Shown in pieces: positions 12,152 through 24,539 of a DNA stretch of 64,000 bases (the stretch's first letter is position 1; each line of letters begins with the position of its first letter). This DNA comes from Centroscyllium fabricii (taxonomy: Eukaryota). Location: positions 100,936,001 to 101,000,000 of the forward strand of contig JBNRSN020000015.1 in NCBI GenBank assembly GCA_051313645.2, written 5' to 3'. The notes beneath the pieces are model-generated. The model made no database searches. It had not been told where the DNA came from and saw nothing but the letters and a program-made list of their open reading frames with translations. Both the position numbers and the translations under genes were made by a program.

Positions 12152-13669
12152 TTTCTATTCGTTTGCTGGTAACTTTACACAACCTCAGTATTTGTAATGA
12201 AACAATAAATGAATAAATATACAGGTACCTTGCGATGTTCAAAGGGTAAATACTTTGTCGGATAGACACTACTGGGTCCTCCTTGTGACGTGCTGTACGG
12301 TTACACTACACATATAGCCATTGAAGCCACCGGATACCGTGGCCCCAGACTAACACTACTGCAAAACGCGCAGGTTTCCACAGCCCCAACACCGTTCTCC
12401 TTCCCGTTGGTGGAGCAACCCAGCATTTCTTGCATCTAGATATACGAATATTTCCACATTCCGAGCTTTCACTGCTGATGAAGTCTTATGAGCGGACGCG
12501 CTAAACCAGACAGACTTGTGTACTGGGGGGCATAATGTGTTGGGAGCTTCGACATACCGAAGGAGTCTTTTTAATTGAAGAAATATAGAAGGGAAAAAAC
12601 CTGACACAAGAATGTTAAGATTTTGGTCATATGCCCCTATTAAATCTTATTCCAGGACTGACACGTTAAAGATGTCTTAATAAGTCCATTATGGTGTAAT
12701 GAATCATATAACAAAATTGTCTTGTTGAATAAATGCCAAGATCGCAAGCCAAGTTATCTGTACAATAGAAAAGGAGGCACCATAGTACTCAATCTTTCTG
12801 TTAAAATCTTTCGTAAGAGAGCAACATATTATAATATGTAAAAAATTGAAAACATGCATATCCAACAAAGCTAAAAAAAGGTAACCCTGAGATAACTGGG
12901 ATGGCATATTTGGATGCGACCAATTATATTGCTTGGGAGGAATCACATGCTCCAGTGTGTTGTGATTTTGTGCATTGCACGGCAACCCACTCCCATCGTG
13001 GATGTGCAGTCTAACAGGAATCCAGACGCGCTGGTTTGGGAACAAGCAGACGATAAAAGCACGAAGTCACCGCCAGCCAAGTACTTTCATCAGCTAGAGG
13101 TACCCTTTGAGAAATGCAAGAATGCTAGACGTCAACGTTGTCTAAGGTCCCACGACAACCAATTAGATTGATTGCATATCTTAATCGATTAAGTAGTAAC
13201 GGATTGTTCTGGGGAATTGGAAACCTGCAGCCTCTTTGGTTCAGAGCAAGCCGAGCTGATCATCACTCGGTTATATTCACATGACATTTATTTGGGAACT
13301 TATCAAGCAAATTACTAAAATAAACATCAGGGGCTTTGTTGGATAACTTTCTAAACGCAGTTTAGATCTTTTTTCTGTGAAATAGGCAATTGGTCGACAC
13401 TCATCTGGCGATAAGGCTTTTATAGCACAACCTCACTTAAGTTCAATACATTCAGATTTCATCTTCGCAGTTCACAATGAAGAGCAGACAGGGCAAAAGG
13501 TCAAGGCCATGGACAGCATGAGTGGCTGAAACCTTCCCCCGTACAGACAACAAACCACTTCCACACGGGCGGCTCCTGATTAATACAATGAAGGGACTCT
13601 CAGGGTTACCTGCAAATATATCTTTAATTGGGCCTGACTACCTTTAATCAAGTTTGGGTGAAAATATCT

Positions 13670-14033
13670 AATTGAGGTGTACAACATTATGAGGGGCATA
13701 GATAGGGTAGATAGAAAGGAACTTTTTCCCTTAGTAGAGGGGTCAGTAACAAGGGGCATAGTTTCAAGGTAAGGGCCGGGAGGTTGAGAGGGGATTTGAG
13801 GAAGAACTTTTTCACCCAGAGGGTGGTTGGAATCTGGAACTCACTGCCTGAAAGGGTGGTAGAGGCGGGAACCCTCACAACATTCAAGAAGCGTTTAGAT
13901 GAGCACTTGAAATGCCACAGCATACAAGGCTACGGAGCAAGTGCTGGAAAATGGGATTAGAATAGACAGGGCTTGATGGGACGGCGCGGACACGATGGGC
14001 CGAAGGGCCTCTCTCTGTGCTGTATGACTCTAT
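13670..14033 (+). mobile_element. CR1 LINE 3' fragment
   Basis: Near-identical to 9945-10314. Confidence 0.9.
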
Positions 14034-15429
14034 AAAAAGAACGCTGAACTTTCAAAAGTACGATTGAAAGATGAACGATGCTTTAACCACAGAAACTGAA
14101 GGCTGAAGTTATACTGCAGATACCGGTATTTGTGGAGTGCAATGTCACAGCAACAGCGGTGCGAACTGAGGTCAGTGACAAAGAAGCTCTGTGCCGTATT
14201 TGTGCATTGCTCCCCGGTAGGGGGGGGGGGGGGTTCAGGGGAGAAGAGGCATTCGTCTAAACGTTATAAATAAAGTTCCCAAGTGGCCCGATAGACAGCT
14301 TGGGGACTTGGGAAATGAAGCTTAACGTTGAACTGGAGTTATACTGTACCAGAGAGCAAACCCAGACCACGTTGTGTTAGCCTCTCGGAGAAACACGAGA
14401 AAGTGTAGGACCAGAGAAGGCCATTTAGGTTAACCTGGCCGGAACAAGAGAGGAGCATCGCTGTTGGGTTTTAGTCAGATTGGGACCCGATTCCCGAGTT
14501 GTACTGTCATCTGTGCCAATATACACCTGAGACACTTCGCATTGATGAAAAGGTGGGAGTGGAATTTAACCCCAAGCAGGAGTCTCAGGCCTACTCAGAC
14601 CTGGAACTGGAGAGTGAGACTGGCAGGCCCGTTATAACGCCAGCCCAGCGTCACACACGGCCCAGTGACAAAGGATTGAGTTATACTCGGGTTAGTATGA
14701 CATGCGAACAATGGGAGACTCTCACAGCGGCGGACTGACAGCTGCTGCCTTTAGGGTGGTCTTCTTCAAATCCTCACCTTATTCCAATGTATACTCCCAA
14801 ATTTGAGTTAGTGTGCATACAAAACCAGTTTACGAGGACACAAAAGCAATAACATAACTGCCCATGGAGTCTTTCCTGTTCCCAGGCGAATCCTGCCATC
14901 TATTAATGATATATACTAGTTAATGCACTTTGCAAAATAACTCATAACCTTGTAATAGTACAGCTCCTATAAACATAGTCCAGTTGTTTGGCCATTCATC
15001 AAAAAGTCCACAATAGCCTTTATCCTGCATCACATTGGGAAGCACGATTTTCACCTTCAAATACATTAGAATTGCACCTCATTAGACATATGGATTTTAG
15101 ACCACACTGGAAGAGACAGAATAAGAATAAAAATAAAATATAAAGAAAACCAATTGGCCTACCTCACATATTATAAATAACTGACATTTCTAAGTGACTT
15201 TAGTTAAAGAATGAATCTAACTGCAGGCTTTACTCTTGCAACTTACAAGAAGTTGTGAATCCCACACCCATCTCGAGCTATCAGTTTTCACACATTAAAC
15301 TGTCTGTTTTAATGTGTTTAAAACGGTATTTTCACGCCATGCAACTTTCAGAGAAGAATCAAGTAAATCATAAGTGCGCTTGGTGCAAAGCTAGGCTAGG
15401 TTATAAAGTACTGCAGTTCCTATCTTTTG

Positions 15430-15870
15430 TTCTGATACTCATCAAAGCTGGAGAATGGAGCTCTTCCCATTTCAAGCACCTGTGTCCGTGTCAACATCAA
15501 ACACTCCCAGGTCAGCTCTGGCACAATCAAATGCAAAGCAAAGCGCCTGCCTCTCTACCCCAACAACAGGCCCCCGCCCACCCTCGGCAAAAGTACCACA
15601 GTCTGACATGTTTTCTATTACCAACATCAGCCATCGTGTGATCTCACGGAGTGATGTTGACAATTAGTGCAACATTAGAGATAGTTTGGAGCTGTAGGCA
15701 TATGCCCATTAGGAACTGGATTGGGACCGCCCAACTTTATTTCACACAAGATCCTTGCAGCCCACAGACAAAGGAAACGTTCATCCCATCAGTCTGGCTG
15801 GATTTCGACCCAGGTCCCAAGGGTGAAACCACCGCTGTGTCGCACGGCTAATAAGAATCCGAGTGCAGTC
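15430..15870 (-). mobile_element. Old tRNA-derived SINE with LF-SINE-like body
   Basis: Minus strand reads TTTCACCCTTGGGACCTGGGTCGAAATCCAGCC...TGTGAAATAAAGTTGGGCGGTCCCAATCCAGTTCCTAATGGGCA...TTGCACTAATTG, resembling recalled LF-SINE consensus blocks. Confidence 0.55.
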
Positions 15871-16767
15871 CCGCTTAAACTCTGTCTAGATGTATTTCTT
15901 TTACAAATAACCTGCCATTCATTCATGCTTCGAATTATTTTTACAGTGCACAACAAAAGTAACAGCTTTTCAGTTAGGCGCTGCCAGAAAAGTGTACTGA
16001 AATGTTGCACATGTTAAACTTTAACATGTTAGTACACTGTGCATGTGTGCTTGGATGAGGTGCATAGCTCCATTCACTGGGCAGTTAATTTCTATGTTAC
16101 ACCACATGTTGAAATGGTTCCTCTCCATTTATATGGAGTACTTTTATTTCATGTTGATGTTTCAGTGCTCCGTGCAAAAAGAAAATACATTTGGGGAAGT
16201 CACGCAGAGGGGAAGTCATGCGGTTACAAAAGCACTTGACTATAAAGTTATAAATCTGCCTGTTGTCTTAGTCCCAAATCACTCCAGAGGACACTCGCCC
16301 ATTATTTTCCACTTTCACTACCTATTGCAATTCTTCAACTTTTTAATAAAAGTCACTGTACATTTTATTATATTCTTTTAACTACCTTGCAAAACGAGAC
16401 TAACCATTACATTGAAAGACTCCCCGCCATGATCTAGCAAGCTTCTCCAGCGAAAAGCTCAGGTACCCAGATAGTGAAGGTCCCAAGTTCAGTCTGCTTC
16501 GAGCTAACTGATTCCAGCCAGGTGGAAGCAGCTTTGCTCGAATTGGCTCCGGCACCCCAGAAAATAGGGCGGAGGCAATTAGTCAGAATTACACAGCTCA
16601 TCACCATCATCAATGGACCCTGGCGGATGAGCGAGGACAAGATTGGGTTCACCGCACAGTAGCAGGAACAAAGCTAGGTAGGTGTCGGCACTGTACAGCC
16701 ATCTGTCCAATATCTACCCTCAAATCAGTTGCCCCAAGGGATGTGGTACAGACATTGCTGATATTTT

Positions 16768-16853
16768 GTAAGAAGTCACACAACACCAGGTTATAGTCCA
16801 ACAGTTTTATTTGAAATCACAAGCTTTCAGAGTGTAGCTCCTTCATCAGGTGT
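16768..16853 (-). mobile_element. Penelope-like family A single-arm fragment
   Basis: aagaagtcacacaacaccaggttatagtccaacag...ccttcatcaggtg (CTGATGA core on the minus strand). Confidence 0.75.
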
Positions 16854-16913
16854 AAGTACTTTTGTACCACGTTGATTGTCTTGCTACTGAACCTGGCTGC
16901 AGGTTAAAGCCAA

Positions 16914-17136
16914 ATGCAAGAAGTCACAAAACACCAGATTATAGTCCAACAGTTTTATTTTAAATCACAAGCTTTCGGAGCTTTTGCCCCTTCGTCAGGT
17001 GAAAGAGAGACTCCTGACGAAGGGGCAAAAGCTCCGAAAGCTTGTGATTTAAAATAAAACTGTTGGACTATAATCTGGTGTTGTGTGACTTCTTGCATTT
17101 GTCCACCCCAGTCCAACACCGGCACCTCCACATTAT
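16914..17136 (+). mobile_element. Penelope-like family A hairpin insertion
   Basis: About 85-bp inverted arms; TSD GGTTAAAGCCAA (16902-16913 / 17137-17148); tail on the right arm only. Confidence 0.85.
16965..17002 (-). ncRNA. Minimal type I hammerhead ribozyme motif (family A exemplar)
   Basis: Minus strand: TCAC-CTGACGA-A-GGGGC-AAAA-GCTCC-GAAA-GC-TT-GTGA. Stem I TCAC/GTGA, core CUGANGA/GAAA, 5-bp stem II, palindromic AAGCTT instead of a stem III, as in dimeric Penelope hammerheads. Activity untested. Confidence 0.65.
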
Positions 17137-17250
17137 GGTTAAAGCCAAGATTGCTGTTTGGTTGTAACAGTCTACAACTGGGAATTCCTGATTACATGAT
17201 TCCACAATGAAGCAACAGCATCAATTAGGAGCTGAATATAGGAAAATAAT

Positions 17251-17990
17251 AGGCCGGATTTTCCATCCCCCGTGGGTGCGTACAAAGTGTGTACACACCC
17301 ACGGGGGCCGTGCAAGTGCCGGGTTTAGGCAGGCGAAGCACAGGCGCTAAAACCCGGCACTTACGCTCTGTCAAGAGTCCTCTTGGCAGACCGCAAGTGC
17401 CGGGTTTTAGCGTACGCCCGGGAGCTGGGCCTGTGCGGGTGGAGTGTTCCCCCTTTCTGTACAACTTCCGCCCACTGAAAACCTTTAAGTATCTTACGCC
17501 TGGTAAAAGCAGGCATAAGGCCAGCATTTACCCGCATAAGAGTTTAAAAAAAATTAACACATTTCACTGATTTATAATTTTAAAATACTTTTAAAAAAGG
17601 CAAGTTTATTTTTAGCCCTGTAAATTTTCTCAAAAAGTTACATTTGTTTAATATTTAATGTAATTTTAATTAATTTTAAATACAGGTATATGATTTTTTT
17701 TTAAATATTTTATGTTTTACTTTTTTTAAAGTGACCCCCATTCATACTTTTGATCATGCTGTGCGTACAGATGTCAAAAATGTGAAGTGGGATTCCCTCC
17801 TTTGATTGGTTCCCCTTGGACACTTATGAACTGCCTGCGCCCCTGGAGTACCAGGGCCTCTGCGCATTTCCTAGAGCAGAGGCCCATGATCGCGAACCTC
17901 GGGACCTATGGAGCCAGCAGGTAAGTTCGTGGATTTTTTCTGATCAGAGGCATCCGCCCGCACAAAGCCTCCGATCGGCAATTCAGGCCC
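17251..17990. mobile_element. MITE / non-autonomous DNA transposon (PIF/Harbinger-like)
   Basis: Imperfect TIRs AGGCCGGATTTTCC / GGCAATTCAGGCCC, 3-bp TSD AAT, GC-rich ends with internal palindromes (gtgccgggttt / aaacccggcac), AT-rich core. Confidence 0.65.
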
Positions 17991-18267
17991 AATGAGAGGA
18001 TCATCAGGGCGAGAAAGAGAGAGAGAGACAGCCTCTGAACTGGAAGGTGGGGGTGGTGGGTTGTGGGAGGGAGGGATGAGCTGTGTGCCTTGGTGAAGGA
18101 GAGGGTGACTATTCAAATATTGCTTAATGTTTTAGTTCATTCGCTAAATATGGACAAACCCAAGTGTGACATTTTCCTATGTATCAATTACAAAGTTAAA
18201 ATGTATCTAAAGTTACCCAGAATGACAGTTTTTACTGTATATTTTTAAAATCAGGGGAACATTCGCT

Positions 18268-19265
18268 CATAAGAACATAAGAAATAGGAGCAGGAGTAGG
18301 CCAATCGGCCCCTCGAGCCTGCTCCGCCATTCAACAAAATCATGGCTGATCTGATCCTAACCTCAATTTTATTTTCACTCTCCATCCCGCCCAAACCCAT
18401 GTGATCACCCGGGAGAGGCGAAAAACCAGATAAAAAACCCAGTGGCCAATTTGGGAGAAAAAATCTGGGAAATTCCTCTCCGACCCATCTAGGCGATCGA
18501 AAACTGGTCCAGGAGATCACATGGCCGATCTGAACCTAGCCTCACGTCCACTTACCTGCCCGCTCACCATAACCCCTAATTCCCTTTACTTCCAGGAAAC
18601 TGTCTATCTCTGTTTTAAATTTATTCAATGTAGTAGCTTCCACAGCTCTCTGGGGCAGCAAATTCCACAGCCCCACCACCCTCTGAGTGAAGAAGTTTCT
18701 CCTCATCTCAGTTTTGAAATGGCAGCTCCTTATTTTAAGATTATGCCCCCTAGTCCGAGTTTCACCCACCATTGGGAACATCCTCACTGTATCCACCCGA
18801 TCAAGCCCTCTCACAATCTTATATGTTTCAATAAGATTGCCTCTCATTCTTCTGAACTCCAATGAGTAGAGGCCCAATCTACTCAGCCTCTCGTCATATG
18901 TTAGCCCCCTCATCCCCGGAATTAACCTCGTGAACCTTCTTTGCACTGCCTCGAGAGCAAGTATGTCCTTTCTTAAATAGGGATACCAGAACTGCACGCA
19001 GTATTCCAGGTGTGGTCTCACCAATACCCTGTACAACTGCAGCAAGACCTCCCTGCTTTTATACTCAATCCTCTTAGCAATAAAAGCCAACATTCCGTTG
19101 GCCTTCCTGACCACCTGCTGCACCTGCATATTAACTTTTGTGTTTCCTGCACCAGGACCCCCAGATCCCTTTGCACTGAAGTACTTTCCAGTTCCTTTCC
19201 ATTTAGATAATAACTTGCTCTATTATTTTTCCTGCCAAAGTGCATAACTTCACACTTTCCAGTAT
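18268..19265 (-). mobile_element. CR1 LINE 3' ~1 kb with RT C-terminal ORF and extended 3' UTR
   Basis: ORF 18542-19129 (KANGMLAFI..LVRPHLEYCVQFW..RRMRGNLIETYKI); tail (TTCTTATG)n. Confidence 0.92.
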
Positions 19266-19579
19266 TATCTTCTGACTTTAAGTGTAACTAGGCTCAGCCA
19301 GTTTCTCATATTCAGTTGTTCCTTCTATTTGGGCTCCTCAGGTCCCGCTGAGCAGATTTACAGAAGTAAGTTCTCAAGTTTACTCCTGGAGCTCAGCAAA
19401 TCCCCATTTATATAATGAGACGACTAGTGAGGGTGATGACACCTTGGGGGAGTGCAGTCCAGGGCACATCCAGGGCACTGTGGGGAAAATGACTACACAG
19501 GGGGATGCAGCAAAGTGTAGAAATGCAGTGGTCATGGGGATTCGATAGTCAAGGGGATAGACAAGTGTTTCTGCAACCT

Positions 19580-19770
19580 TCACTGTCGCTGGGCCAAAAT
19601 CCTGGAACTCCCTTCCTAACAACATTGTGGGTGTACCTGCACCATATGGACTGCAGCGGTTCAAGAAGGTGGCTCACCACCATCTTCTCAAGGGCAATTA
19701 GGGATGGGCACTAAATGTAGGCCTAGCCAGCCAGCGACGCCCACATCCCATCAATGAATAAATAAAAATG
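19580..19770 (+). mobile_element. 3' end of another non-LTR retrotransposon inserted in the CR1 ORF1 region
   Basis: SWNSLPN..GLQRFKKVAHHHLLKGN*-like peptide followed by cccacatcccat..tgaataaataaaaa tail, interrupting the CR1 ORF1 reading. Confidence 0.6.
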
Positions 19771-21310
19771 TAAAAAACGCCTCCATGGTGTGTTGCCTCC
19801 ATGGTGCCAGGTGTGTTGCTTCCATGGTGCCAGGGTAACAGGATATCACTGAGAGAGTGCAGGACATTTAGAGTGGGTGGGGGAGGAGGGGAGCAGCCAG
19901 AGGTTGTGGTCCATCTAGGAACCAATGACATAGGAAAGAAAATGGTTAAGGACCTGCAGTCAGAGTTCCAGGAGCTAAAGAGGGAGTTAAAAGGCAGGAC
20001 CTCACAAAGGTAGTAACCTGTGGATTACCCCCAGTGCCATACACTACTGTGCATAGGAAGGTAGGATAAAACAGGTTAATGTGTAGCTGGAGAAATGGTG
20101 CAAGAAGGAATGCTTCAGATTCCTAGGGCACTGGGACCAGTTCTGGGGCAGGAGGGACCTGTTCATGGTTGACAAAGTTGCACTTTAACAGAGCTGAGGC
20201 CAGTGTCCTTGCGGAAAGGTTAACTAGTACTGGAGGGTGGGGGGGGGAAGGGGGGGGAGGTTAAGATAATTTGGCAAGGGGGTGGGCACCAGGATGTAGC
20301 ATTCGAGTAGGGAAACAAGGTCCATTGAGAGGACTGGGAGAGGCAAATAGCACTAGAATAACGAATAGTTCAGAAATAGGCGGGATCAAATGCGAAGCAG
20401 TCTCAGATGGATTTGGAGTGCATGTGCGTAAATGCATGGAGCATGGTAAATAAGGTTGGTGAGCTGCAGGCAATAACAGTGGTCATAATAACCAGCTTTA
20501 AAATAGTTATGAAAAAGGACAAGCATAAAAAATACTTAGCCGGAGGAGGGCTAACTTCAGTGAGTTGAAAAGGGATCTTGTGCAGGTGGATTGGAATAAA
20601 ATATTGGCCGGCAAAACAGTAATTGCACAATGGGAGGCCTTCAAAGATGAGATGGTTTACATACAGAGTAGATACATTCCTATGAGGGGGAAAGGGAGGG
20701 CATCCAAAGCTAGAGCTCCCTGGATGGCTGAAGATATAGAGATTTAAATGAAAGAGAAAAAAGAGGCTTATGACAATTGTAAGATTAATAATATAGTGGA
20801 GAACCAAACTGGATATAAAAAGTACAGAGGAGATCTAAAAAAGGGAATATGAGGGGCAAAGAGAGAGTATGAGAATAGATTAGTGGTGAATGTAAAAGGG
20901 AACTTAAAGTCTTTTATAAACCAATAAATTGAAGAAGGATAGTCAAAGGAAGTGTGGGGTCAATTAGGGACCAAAATAAAGGGGATCTTCTCGTGGAGGC
21001 AGAGGGCATGGCTGAGGTAGGAAATGAGTACTTTGTATCTTTCTTCACTAAAGAGGATGCTACCAGTGTAGCATTAAAGGAGCAGGTAGCAGATATATTG
21101 GATAGGATAAAAACAGATAAAGAGAATTTATTAAAAGGTTGGTAGAAAAGTTACCCAATCCAGATAGAATATATGCTCAGTTACTGAGGGAATGACGGGT
21201 GGAAAATGCAGAGGCTCAGGCAACAATCTTCCAATCATCCTTGAATATCGTAGTGTCAGAGGACGGGAGGATTGCAAATGTTACACCCGGTTTAAAAAAG
21301 GGAGAGGGAT

Positions 21311-22023
21311 AGAAACATAGAAGATAGGAGCAGGAGTAGGCCATTCGGCCCCTCGAGCCTGCTCCGCCATTCAATGCGATCATGGCTGATCATCAATTTC
21401 AGTACCCTGTCCCTGCCTTCTCCCCATATCCCTTGATCCATTTAGCCTTAAGAAATATATCCAACACCTTCTTGAATATATTTAATGAATTGGCCTCTAC
21501 TGCCTTCTGTGGTAGAGAATTCCGCAGATTCACCACTCTCTGGGTGAAGAGATTCCTCCTCAGCTCTGTCCTAAATGGCTTACCCCTTATCGTTAGACTG
21601 TGACCACTGGTTCTGGACTCCCCCGCCATCGGGAACATCCTTCCTGCATCTAGTCTGTCCAGTCCTGTTAAAATGTTATAAGTTTCAATGAGATCCCCTC
21701 TCATTCTTCTAAACTCCAGCGAGTACAAGCCCAATCGACCCAATCACTCCTCATACGTCATTCCGGCCACCCCAGGTATCAGTCTGGTGAATCTTCGCTG
21801 CACTCCCTCCATGGCAAGAACATCCTTCCTCAGATAAGGCGACCAAAACTGTACACAATACTCAAGGTGTGGTCTCACCAAGACCCTCTACAACTGCAGA
21901 AAGACATCCTTGTTTCTGTACTCAAACCGTCTCGCTACGAAGGCCAACATACCATTTGTCTTCTTCACTGCCTGCTGCACCTGCATGCTTACCTTCAGCG
22001 ACTGGTGCACAAGGACGCCCAGG
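21311..22023 (-). mobile_element. Younger CR1 3' fragment, antisense inside the older CR1
   Basis: ORF 21399-21743 (RLGLYSLEFRRMRGDLIETY..); tail (TTCTATGT)n shared with SINE family 1. Confidence 0.9.
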
Positions 22024-22642
22024 TCTCCTCTGTACTTTTTATATTCAGTTTGGTTCTCCACTATATTATTAATCTTACAATTGTCATAAGCCTCTTTTTT
22101 CTGTTTCATTTTAATCTCTATATCTTCAGTCATCCAGGGAGCTCTAGCTTTGGATGCCCTCCCTTTCCCCCTCATAGGAATGTATCTACTCTGTCAGCCT
22201 AATGTCAATGGTGGGGAAACCTTGAGACAATAATCAGGGAGAAATTATTTGGAAAACTATGGGCTAATAAATGAAAGTCTGCACGGATTTGTTAAAGGCA
22301 AATTATGTTTAACTAACTTGATTGAGTTCTTTGATGAAGTAACAAAGAGGGTTGATGAGGGTAGTGTGGTTGATGTTCTGTGTATGGACTTTTAAAAGTC
22401 GTTTGACAAAGTATCACATAATAGATTGGTTAGCAATGTTGAAGCCCATGGGATTAAAGGGACAGTGGCAGCGTGGATACAAACTTGACTAAGGGACAGA
22501 AAGCAGAGAGTCGTGGTGAACGGCTGTTTTTCAGACAGGAGGGAAGTATACAGTGGTGTCCCCCAGGGGTCGGTATTAGGACCACTATTCTTTTTGATAT
22601 ATATTAATGACCTGAACTTGGGTTTACAGGGCAAAATTTTAA

Positions 22643-23044
22643 ACATAGAAACATAGAAACTAGGAGCAGGAGTAGGCCATTCGGCCCTTCGAGCCTGCTC
22701 CGCCATTCAATGAGATCATGGCTGATCATCCAAACCCAGCACCCCGCCCCTGCCCCTGCCCTCTTCCCACATCCCTATCGAGCCTGCATCGACACATATC
22801 CCACCCTATCCCCATAACCCCACCTATTCAATCCCCCTAACACTAAGGGTCAATTTATCCTGGCCAATCAACCTAACCCGCACATCTTTGGACTGTGGGA
22901 GGAAACTGGAGCACCCGGAGGAAACCCACGCAGACACGGGGAGAATGTGCAAACTCCACACAGATAGTACCCGAGGCTGGATTTGAACCCGGGTCTCCAG
23001 TGCTGTGAGACAACAATGCTAACCACTGTGCCACCGTGCCGCCC
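22643..23044 (-). mobile_element. V-SINE family 1, full length, inserted in the CR1 RT region
   Basis: Same consensus as 11747-12151; splits the ...GKIL|KFADD motif. Confidence 0.9.
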
Positions 23045-23802
23045 TAAAGTTTGCAGATGATACAAAACTCATAAATGCAGTAAACAATGAGGAGGATAGT
23101 AACAGACTTCAAGAGGACATAGACAAACTGGTGAAATGGGCAGACACAGTACACATGAAATTTAACACAGAAATAGGAGGTGGTACATTTTGGTAGGATG
23201 AGGAGAGGCAATATAAACTAAATTATGCAATATTAAAGGGGATACAGGAACAGAGACACCTGGGGGTGTATGTACTCAAATCTTTGAAGGGGGCAAGACA
23301 AGCTGAGAAGTCTGTTAAAAAAGCATATGGACTCCTTGGCTTTATTAATAGAGGAACAGAGTACAAAAGCAAGAATGTTATGAAACACTGGATCGGCCTC
23401 ATCTGGAGGATTGTGTTCAATTCTGGGCACCACACTTTAGGAAGGATATCAAGGCCCTGGAGAGGGTGCAGAGGAGATTTACTAGAATGTTACCTGGGAT
23501 GAGGGACTTCAGTTATGTCGAGAGACTGGAGAAGCTGGGGTTGTTCTCCTTAGAGCAGAAAAGGTTAAGAGCAAATTTGATAAAGATGTTCAAAATCATG
23601 AATGGTTTTGATTGAGTAAATAAGGACAAAACTGTTTTCAGTAGCAGATTGGTTGGTAACTGGAGGATAGAGATTTAAGCTGATTCGGCGACAGAAACAG
23701 AGGACACAATGAAACCTTTCCACACAGCGAGTTGTTGTGATCTGGAATGCAGTGCCTGAAAAGGGCAGTGGAAGCAGATTCAATAGTGACATTCAAAAGG
23801 GA

Positions 23803-24092
23803 TGATGTGGAGGTGCCGGTGTTGGACTGGGGTGGACAAATGCAAGGAGTCACACAACACCAGGTTATAGTCCAACAGTTTTATTTGAAATCACAAGCTT
23901 TCGGAGCGCAGCCCCTTCCTCAGGCGAAAGAGAAGTTGGTCCAAAGACAGCACATATACAAGGGAGGCTCTCCCTTGTATAAGTGCTGTCTTTGGATCAA
24001 CTTCACTTCATCTGAGGAAGGAGCAGCACTCCGAAAGCTTGTGGTTTCAAATAAAACTGTTGGACTATAACCTGGTGTTGTGTGACTTCTTG
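23803..24092 (-). mobile_element. Penelope-like family A long hairpin insertion inside CR1
   Basis: About 125-bp inverted arms; TSD CATTCAAAAGGGA (23790-23802 / 24093-24105); CTGAGGA..GAAA core in both arms. Confidence 0.85.
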
Positions 24093-24539
24093 CATTCAAA
24101 AGGGAATTAGAGAACTCCTTGAAGGGAAATAACAATAGGGCTTTGGGGAGCTGGGATTAAATGGATAGCTCTACCAAAGAGCAGGCACTGGTACGATGGG
24201 CCGAATTGCTTCCTTCTAGTGCCATCCTGTGATTCGAATAGTGAAGCTCCTTAACGTTTTCCATTTAAAAATCGCAATTTTAATTAAACATCAATACTTA
24301 GTGCCTTGCCTGGATGAATGTTGAACTCCGTTTATAAAACCGTATTATGGAAACAAATATTGCTTCGTTCGGAGGGAAACTTTTATTTCTGATTAGCAAA
24401 TACAACTCAGTCGGGAGTCATGGGTCGCTATCATTTGCCATTTTCTTATCTGTATGTGCTTGTGATTTCACGGAGGAAGATGCACCATTGATGTATAAAC
24501 TACAGAGAACCCGAGAACATCAACCACTGTGACCTGTCG

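Larger units (their letters stand above)
19420..24232 (+). mobile_element. Long decayed CR1 LINE (ORF1 esterase domain, ORF2 RT, 3' UTR) interrupted by four younger insertions
   Basis: EQPEVVVHLGTNDIGKK (CR1 ORF1 SGNH motif) near 19890-19940; RT pieces [20 protein letters not shown] (22555-22615) and KFADDTKL (23047-23070); 3' UTR near 24130-24232; many stops and frameshifts. Confidence 0.85.
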
